From an uncultured virus (IMG/VR IMGVR_UViG_3300021431_000017) (lineage: Duplodnaviria > Heunggongvirae > Uroviricota > Caudoviricetes): a stretch of DNA of 20,000 bases. Within the stretch, counting starts at the first letter, position 1. Each line of letters opens with the position of its first letter. The stretch lies in IMG/VR virus record IMGVR_UViG_3300021431_000017, one strand, 5' to 3'. Under the pieces are notes generated by a model. The model searched no databases. It saw nothing but the letters and a program-made list of their open reading frames with translations, and was not told where the DNA came from. Positions 14,605 to 20,000 of this stretch are shown piece after piece. A program made the translations under genes and the position numbers.

Positions 14605-14988
14605 ATGTTCGTATATTACAACCCAAATCCACAGAACAAACTTGTGGGAGATTGTGTGATAAGAGCAATTTGCAAACTGACAGATAGGGATTGGGAAGAT
14701 GTTTATTTAGATATCGCACTTCAAGGTTTCATGATGCATGATATGCCAACAGCAAATCACGTTTGGGGTACGTATCTAAAAGAAAATCATTTTGTTCAGT
14801 CATTACTGCCCAATACTTGTCCTGACTGTTATACGGTAAAAGATTTCTGCGTAGACTTTCCAAAAGGTACTTATCTATTAGCGATAGGAAATCATGTAGT
14901 GGCAGTTCAAGACGGCAATTATTACGATGCTTGGGATAGTGGTGACGAATTACCTATCTTTTATTGGCAAAAGGAGGAAGTTAAATAA
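14605..14988 (+). CDS. hypothetical protein, putative papain-like Cys-His-Asp hydrolase
   Basis: 127 aa with RBS GAGGT. GDCVIRAI ... HVVAV.DG.YYD.WDSG spacing fits a minimal cysteine peptidase fold. Confidence 0.6.
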   Translation: MFVYYNPNPQNKLVGDCVIRAICKLTDRDWEDVYLDIALQGFMMHDMPTANHVWGTYLKENHFVQSLLPNTCPDCYTVKDFCVDFPKGTYLLAIGNHVVAVQDGNYYDAWDSGDELPIFYWQKEEVK

Positions 14989-15398
14989 TGCCAGCATATA
15001 ACAACTATTTTCCGGTCGGATATCAGTATTATCAACCACAGTTTCAACAGCCTATTCAACCTACTCAATCACCCAATGTGGGAAATACTGGACCTAATGG
15101 AATTATCTGGGTGCAAGGGGAGGCAGGTGCAAAGTCGTATCTTGTGGCTCCTAATACAACAGTGCAGTTATGGGATAGTGAATCACAGACTATCTATCTC
15201 AAATCAGCCGATGCAACAGGAATGCCATCTATTAAAACTTTAGACTATACAATTCGTGAACTCCCTAATTCAACCCCAACTGTAGTACAGACTGTTCAGC
15301 CTGATTTAAGTAAATACGTAACTTGGGATGAATTGGAAGAAAAATTAAATTCTATGAAGGCAAGACCGATGCAGAGAAAGGAACACAGAGATGAGTAA
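14988..15398 (+). CDS. hypothetical protein with Q/P/Y-rich N-terminus
   Basis: 136 aa with RBS AAGGAGG and TAATG coupling. Globular core WVQGEAGAKSYLVAPNTTVQLWDSE. Confidence 0.8.
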   Translation: MPAYNNYFPVGYQYYQPQFQQPIQPTQSPNVGNTGPNGIIWVQGEAGAKSYLVAPNTTVQLWDSESQTIYLKSADATGMPSIKTLDYTIRELPNSTPTVVQTVQPDLSKYVTWDELEEKLNSMKARPMQRKEHRDE

Positions 15399-15591
15399 TC
15401 CGCTATTCAATCAGTACGGAAATAATCAGTACAGTAATATGATTCAGCGTTTTAATCAGTTTAAGCAGACATTTCACGGTGACCCTAAACAACAAGTTCA
15501 GAATCTTTTGAACAGCGGTAAAGTGTCACAACAGCAATACAATCAAGCAGTTCAAATGGCTAATGCATTTCAGAAAATGCTAGGCAAATAG
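15391..15591 (+). CDS. small Q/N-rich hypothetical protein
   Basis: 66 aa with RBS AAGGA, overlapping the upstream gene end. Confidence 0.75.
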   Translation: MSNPLFNQYGNNQYSNMIQRFNQFKQTFHGDPKQQVQNLLNSGKVSQQQYNQAVQMANAFQKMLGK

Positions 15592-15647
15592 TTATATAAA
15601 TTCCAAGTGCGCATAGGAGTTTGTATATAGAAGAAAGGAAATAAATT

Positions 15648-16496
15648 ATGTCTTTAGAAGAAAGTGGAAACGGACTTGTTATGCCAGTAGCACCGATGTA
15701 CGGTGGGGCAGGTTCCGGTTTCGGAAATGGTTTCGGCGGTGACGGATGGTGGATTCTTCTGCTGTTCATTCTGCTCGGAAACGGCGCTTGGGGCAACGGC
15801 TTCGGCGGTGGATTTGGTGGCGGAGACCTTTATCCTTGGATGAATCAGTCAAATCAGATTAATGGTGGATTCCGTGACCAGATGATTAACTCTAACATCG
15901 ATTCTATTCAGAATGGTGTAAACAGCATTCAGACACAGTTGTGTAACGGTTTTGCCGGTGTAAATCAGACTGTACAGAATGGTTTTGCACAGGCTGAAAT
16001 TGCTGACAATGCACGTCAGATGGCTAACATGCAACAGGCCTTTGCAAATCAGACAGCAATGTCCCAGGGTTTCAACGCTCTCGGAACTCAGTTTGCGGAT
16101 TGTTGCTGTGAAAATCGCCTTGCTAGTGCTGACCTCAAATACACAATCGCTACAGAAAACTGTGCTGACCGTGCGGCGATTTCTGATGGTATTCGTGACG
16201 TTATTGAAAACTGCAACCGCAACAATCAGCGTATTCTTGACCAACTCTGTGCTGACAAGATTGATGCTAAGAATGAGAAGATTGCAGACCTTGAACGTCA
16301 ACTTACAATGGCTAATCTTGCGGCTTCGCAGACTGCTCAGACCGCACAGATTCGTGCAGGACAGGTTGCAGAGATTGACGCTATGTACAATCGTCTGAAG
16401 GATTGCCCTGTGCCGACAATGCCGGTATACGGTCAGACACCTATCTTTACTTGCCCGAACAATAACTGCGGATGCGGTTGTAGCGGTCAGTTCTGA
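15648..16496 (+). CDS. Gly-rich, single hydrophobic segment, coiled-coil, Cys-cluster protein of unknown function
   Basis: 282 aa with RBS AAAGGA. WWILLLFILLG flanked by GFGGG repeats, long heptad region, DCCCE and C-terminal CGCGC. Confidence 0.85.
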   Translation: MSLEESGNGLVMPVAPMYGGAGSGFGNGFGGDGWWILLLFILLGNGAWGNGFGGGFGGGDLYPWMNQSNQINGGFRDQMINSNIDSIQNGVNSIQTQLCNGFAGVNQTVQNGFAQAEIADNARQMANMQQAFANQTAMSQGFNALGTQFADCCCENRLASADLKYTIATENCADRAAISDGIRDVIENCNRNNQRILDQLCADKIDAKNEKIADLERQLTMANLAASQTAQTAQIRAGQVAEIDAMYNRLKDCPVPTMPVYGQTPIFTCPNNNCGCGCSGQF

Positions 16497-16507
16497 GGTA
16501 CATAATC

Positions 16508-16963
16508 ATGGCAGAATATACTTATAATCCGATTCAATTAGTGGAACCTAATCAGAATGTTATTCTGAATAATAACATTCCGTGTAACAGAGGTTATGTT
16601 CTGCATCGTGAAGAATCCGGAATTGTTACTCTCCGTGGTATTGTCAATAACCCTCAGTGTTGTTTCGCACGTTATCAGGTTACATTCAACGGCAACATCG
16701 CTGTTCCAGAGGATGGAACTGTCGGTCCGATTGCGGTAGCGTTGGCTATTGATGGTGAACCTATTCAGACCAGTCGTGCTATCGTAACACCTGCGGCTGT
16801 AGATGAGTACTTTAATGTAACATCTACCGCATTTGTAACAGTCCCAAGAGGTTGTTGCTTTAATGTAGCCGTTGAAAATGTATCGTTTGGTGCAACTGCG
16901 GCAGACCCTGCGACAGCAATTAACGTGCAGAATGCAAACCTTACAGTTCAGCGAGTGGCGTAA
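16508..16963 (+). CDS. beta-sandwich protein (possibly BclA C-terminal/C1q-like)
   Basis: 151 aa with RBS GAGGT. Alternating beta-strand pattern (YQVTFNGNI, IAVALAIDGEPI, NANLTVQRVA) and two CC pairs. Confidence 0.7.
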   Translation: MAEYTYNPIQLVEPNQNVILNNNIPCNRGYVLHREESGIVTLRGIVNNPQCCFARYQVTFNGNIAVPEDGTVGPIAVALAIDGEPIQTSRAIVTPAAVDEYFNVTSTAFVTVPRGCCFNVAVENVSFGATAADPATAINVQNANLTVQRVA

Positions 16964-16981
16964 TAGAAGGGAGATATTATA

Positions 16982-17551
16982 ATGTCGAAAAGAACTTATG
17001 AGGAACTTCGTGATATGTTACGCCATGAACTTGACGTACTCACGAAAAAGGGTGAGATTACAAAAGATAATCTCGACAATTTCAACAAACTGACTAACAC
17101 TCTGTGGAAAGTCGAAGAATTGATGCAGTCTGAGGGTTCATCTAATTCAGATGGTCAAAGCATGAACTATTCCAGAATGATGCGATACCCAGGTTACAAT
17201 TCTATGACACAAGGTAACAGTAATGAAACAGGCTATAGTCAAGGCTCATATGATACAGGAATGTCTAACAGAGATTCTTACAATGATGGATACTCACGGG
17301 ACGGGAATTATGCCAGTCGAGGGTCATATGCAAGAACCGGACGAGACGGTGATGGTGATGGGCGATATAGCGAAAACGAAGGTAGTTATCGTAGGGGACG
17401 TGATTCGTACAGAGGATACAACCGTGATGGGTACAGCAGACACACTGCGAAAGAACGCATGATTGAAAAACTTGAAGGTATGGCTGATAAAGCAACGTCT
17501 GAAAAAGACCGCATGGCCATCATGGATTGTATTGAAGAGTTAGAAAAGTAA
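16982..17551 (+). CDS. hypothetical protein with S/Y/R/G/D low-complexity centre
   Basis: 189 aa with RBS AAGGGAG. Helical ends flank repeated (G)(S)Y(S)R units and RDGDGDGRYS. Confidence 0.8.
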   Translation: MSKRTYEELRDMLRHELDVLTKKGEITKDNLDNFNKLTNTLWKVEELMQSEGSSNSDGQSMNYSRMMRYPGYNSMTQGNSNETGYSQGSYDTGMSNRDSYNDGYSRDGNYASRGSYARTGRDGDGDGRYSENEGSYRRGRDSYRGYNRDGYSRHTAKERMIEKLEGMADKATSEKDRMAIMDCIEELEK

Positions 17552-17907
17552 TGGACATTAAATTGATTGAACGAACAATAAATGAGTTGGAAAATTCAGA
17601 AACAAATTTTGCGAATTGTGCGGATTTGGCTTATCTGTACATCGTCAGAAGTTTTTATCAACCTAATGAAACGGATGACGTTGAGCGTGAATTGTCAGAT
17701 ATAACTCCAAGTTATAAGATATATCGAAACATAAAACGAAATTATCAGTTGGGCGTGACTAACGAAGATGAAGTTTTATTGGCAATGAGTCAAGTGTGCA
17801 GAGAGATATATGAATTTATAATGACTATATATAGTAGTACAAACACTGCTGAGGAACGTAAATTATTAAGTAGGGCAATCAATAAAGCATGTCAGGAAAT
17901 GCGCTGA
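17551..17907 (+). CDS. hypothetical helical protein
   Basis: 118 aa, TAATG-coupled to the upstream gene. Its stop lies within the terminator. Confidence 0.75.
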   Translation: MDIKLIERTINELENSETNFANCADLAYLYIVRSFYQPNETDDVERELSDITPSYKIYRNIKRNYQLGVTNEDEVLLAMSQVCREIYEFIMTIYSSTNTAEERKLLSRAINKACQEMR

Positions 17908-17922
17908 ATAAGCGCATTTTTT
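17897..17922 (+). terminator. rho-independent terminator
   Basis: AAATGCGCT-GAATA-AGCGCATTT followed by further Ts. Confidence 0.8.
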
Positions 17923-17927
17923 ATTGT

Positions 17928-17956
17928 TTGCACAACTCAAAAATATGTTGTATAAT
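17928..17956 (+). promoter_or_regulatory. sigma70/SigA-type promoter of the helicase gene
   Basis: TTGCAC-17 bp-TATAAT, 30 nt upstream of the ATG. Confidence 0.8.
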
Positions 17957-17985
17957 GTTTACGTAAAAGAAAGCGAGGGTCACAC

Positions 17986-19665
17986 ATGGCGATTACAGTA
18001 AATATTAAAAAAGCGGTTAAGTGCAACGGAGATTATTCATTATTTCTTTCCTTTCCGTATGATTACAGCATTGTCGAAACTATCAAAGAATTTCCGACAA
18101 GATTTTGGAATAAAGAGACAAAAGAATGGGAACTGCCGTTCAATAAACTTGGCGAACTTACTGAAAAATTAAGCAGATACGATTTTAATATTACAGGAAC
18201 ATATGTAAACACTACAAAGAAAACAGTTGCGTTACCTAAAGAATTCTCATTCAAAACTAAGCCGTTTCAGCATCAGATGGAAGGCATTGAATACGGATTA
18301 CAGAACACACGTTGGTTACTTGGTGATGAACAGGGTCTAGGCAAGACAAAGCAGGTTATTGATATCGCAGTTGCGAAAAAGATTATGTACGGTTACAAGC
18401 ATTGCTTAATTATCTGTGGTGTCAACGGTCTTAAATGGAACTGGATGAATGAGGTTGAAACACACTCTAATGAGACTGCTAGAATCTTAGGTCAGCGTAG
18501 TAAGAACAAGAAAATTACAGTTGGCGGTAACAGCGCAAAACTCGATGATTTAAAGCACATTGATGAAATAGATGATTATTTTATTATTACGAATGTTGAA
18601 TCCTTACGTAATGAAGCCATTACTAATGAAATTGTCAAACTTTGTAAAGATAAGGTCATTAATATGATTGCGGCAGATGAAGTACACAAGATGAAGAATC
18701 CCAGCAGTCAGCAGGGAAAAGCATTCTTGAAATTACAGGCTGAGACAATGATTGCGATGACAGGTACTCCGTTAATGAATACACCGATGGATTTGTTCAT
18801 CATTCTTAAGTGGCTTGGTTATGAAAAGCATGCGTTCTACGCATTCAAACAGCATTACTGTCTGTATGGTGGATTTGGTGGCTATCAGATTGTCGGCTAT
18901 AAGAATCTCGATGAATTACAGGAACAGTTAGATGATATTATGCTTAGACGGTTAAAGAAAGACGTTCTTGATTTGCCTGACAAACTGTATGTTGATGAGT
19001 ATGTTGAAATGACACCTAGACAGGAACAGATTTACAACGAAGTAACGGCTGAAATCAAAATGAATATTGACCAAATCAAATTCGCTAATAATCCACTTGC
19101 TGAACTTATCAGAATGCGTCAAGCAACAGGTTATACAGGAATTCTGTCTAGCACAATTCAAGAATCAGCAAAACTCGACCGTATGGAAGAACTTGTTGAT
19201 GATGCCATACAGAACGGAAAGAAAGTTGTTATATTCAGTAATTGGACACAAATGACTGATGCAATTTACGCAAGGTTACACAAGAATTACTCAACCGCTG
19301 TCATCACAGGTCAAACAAACGATGCTGATAGACAGGTTAATGTTAATAGATTTCAAAATGATGATGACTGTAAAGTAATTATCGGAACTATCGGTGCAAT
19401 GGGTACCGGTCTTACTCTGACAGCAGGAACAGTTGAAATCTTCATGGACGAACCTTGGAATCGTGCTAATAAAGAACAGGCTGAAGACAGATGTCATCGT
19501 GTCGGTACAAAAGAGAATGTCACCATCTATACACTTATGTGCAAAAACACGATTGATGAGAGGATTCACTCTATTGTAATGAAGAAAGGAGAGATGGCAG
19601 ATGCGTTAGTAGACGGAAAGATTAATGTGGACAAGTCTGAACTGCTTAATTATCTGTTAGGATAA
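17986..19665 (+). CDS. SNF2-family helicase/translocase with N-terminal HARP-like domain
   Basis: 559 aa. Motif I DEQGLGKT, II DEVH, III MTGTP, VI QAEDRCHRVG. The N-terminal SFPYD..IVETIKEFP.RFWN..TKEW resembles HARP domains. Confidence 0.92.
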   Translation: MAITVNIKKAVKCNGDYSLFLSFPYDYSIVETIKEFPTRFWNKETKEWELPFNKLGELTEKLSRYDFNITGTYVNTTKKTVALPKEFSFKTKPFQHQMEGIEYGLQNTRWLLGDEQGLGKTKQVIDIAVAKKIMYGYKHCLIICGVNGLKWNWMNEVETHSNETARILGQRSKNKKITVGGNSAKLDDLKHIDEIDDYFIITNVESLRNEAITNEIVKLCKDKVINMIAADEVHKMKNPSSQQGKAFLKLQAETMIAMTGTPLMNTPMDLFIILKWLGYEKHAFYAFKQHYCLYGGFGGYQIVGYKNLDELQEQLDDIMLRRLKKDVLDLPDKLYVDEYVEMTPRQEQIYNEVTAEIKMNIDQIKFANNPLAELIRMRQATGYTGILSSTIQESAKLDRMEELVDDAIQNGKKVVIFSNWTQMTDAIYARLHKNYSTAVITGQTNDADRQVNVNRFQNDDDCKVIIGTIGAMGTGLTLTAGTVEIFMDEPWNRANKEQAEDRCHRVGTKENVTIYTLMCKNTIDERIHSIVMKKGEMADALVDGKINVDKSELLNYLLG

Positions 19666-19695
19666 TTAACTTTGTGTAACATATTTTCGTTTGTA

Positions 19696-19704
19696 TGTTA
19701 TACT
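19696..19704 (+). promoter_or_regulatory. extended -10 promoter
   Basis: TGTTATACT, 24 nt upstream of the ATG at 19728. Confidence 0.55.
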
Positions 19705-19727
19705 GTATTTGTTAGAAGGGAGGTACT

Positions 19728-20000
19728 ATGAGTACAGAAAAAGACTTGCTCACGGCATTAGAAGTATGTGTTTTAGTTCATTGTTCGTATAACACACTCA
19801 ACGGCTGGTATCGTTGGAAAAACTTACATCCAGACAATGAGTACGCACAACTTCTTCCAGATTACATTCAAAAAGGTATTAAACAAGAGCGGTATTGGAA
19901 AAGAGAGGATGTTGAAAAGTTGATTAAATTTCGACAGTCATTACCGCAAGGACGAAGTGGAATCATGGGAGATGTAACACAGAAATGGCGGAGAGCAAAG
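19728..20000 (+). CDS. putative HTH DNA-binding protein (excisionase/MerR-like), partial
   Basis: RBS GGGAGGT. Open to the window end: MSTEKDLLTALEVCVLVHCSYNTLNGWYRWK...ERYWKREDVEKL... Confidence 0.65.
   Translation, partial: MSTEKDLLTALEVCVLVHCSYNTLNGWYRWKNLHPDNEYAQLLPDYIQKGIKQERYWKREDVEKLIKFRQSLPQGRSGIMGDVTQKWRRAK

Noticed and set aside
14511..14687. 58-codon ORF overlapping the start of the 14605 gene
   Set aside because: It has a weak RBS, a long out-of-frame overlap and no recognisable motif, so it cannot be supported from sequence alone.
64..19569. Minus-strand and alternate-frame ORFs in the track (e.g. 64-468, 2482-3096, 3778-4116, 15849-16301, 15979-16398)
   Set aside because: They lie largely within well-supported + strand genes and read as antisense or frame shadows without an RBS or recognisable motifs.
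1..20000. CRISPR array, diversity-generating retroelement or IS element
   Set aside because: There is no regularly spaced repeat-spacer array, no reverse transcriptase or adenine-specific TR/VR pair, and no transposase. The repeats found are coding or structural.

Overview
This window is from a tailed (siphovirus-type) phage or prophage, probably of a low-GC Firmicute host. All credible genes are on the + strand. In order: the end of a head-tail/tail-completion gene, major tail protein, two tail assembly chaperones, tape measure, distal tail, baseplate/tail-tip, a modular tail fibre, a three-domain endolysin, a Dp-1-type holin and a small HTH protein. These are followed by a tRNA/ncRNA island (Ile-TAT, Thr-TGT, Gln-TTG, one aberrant tRNA and several structured RNAs), a 7-gene operon of uncharacterised Cys-rich or low-complexity proteins, a HARP/SNF2 helicase and the start of an HTH gene. 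The most unusual signal is a set of non-canonical tRNA mimics in intergenic spaces. Three dispersed copies of a tRNA-Leu-like element share an invariant D-loop and a non-standard 6-bp T-arm (TGCAAAT loop) with covarying stems but have unrelated 53-123 nt cores. A separate circularly permuted tRNA fold (627-701) has a loop complementary to the downstream ribosome binding site. All structures were folded by eye and no database searches were run.
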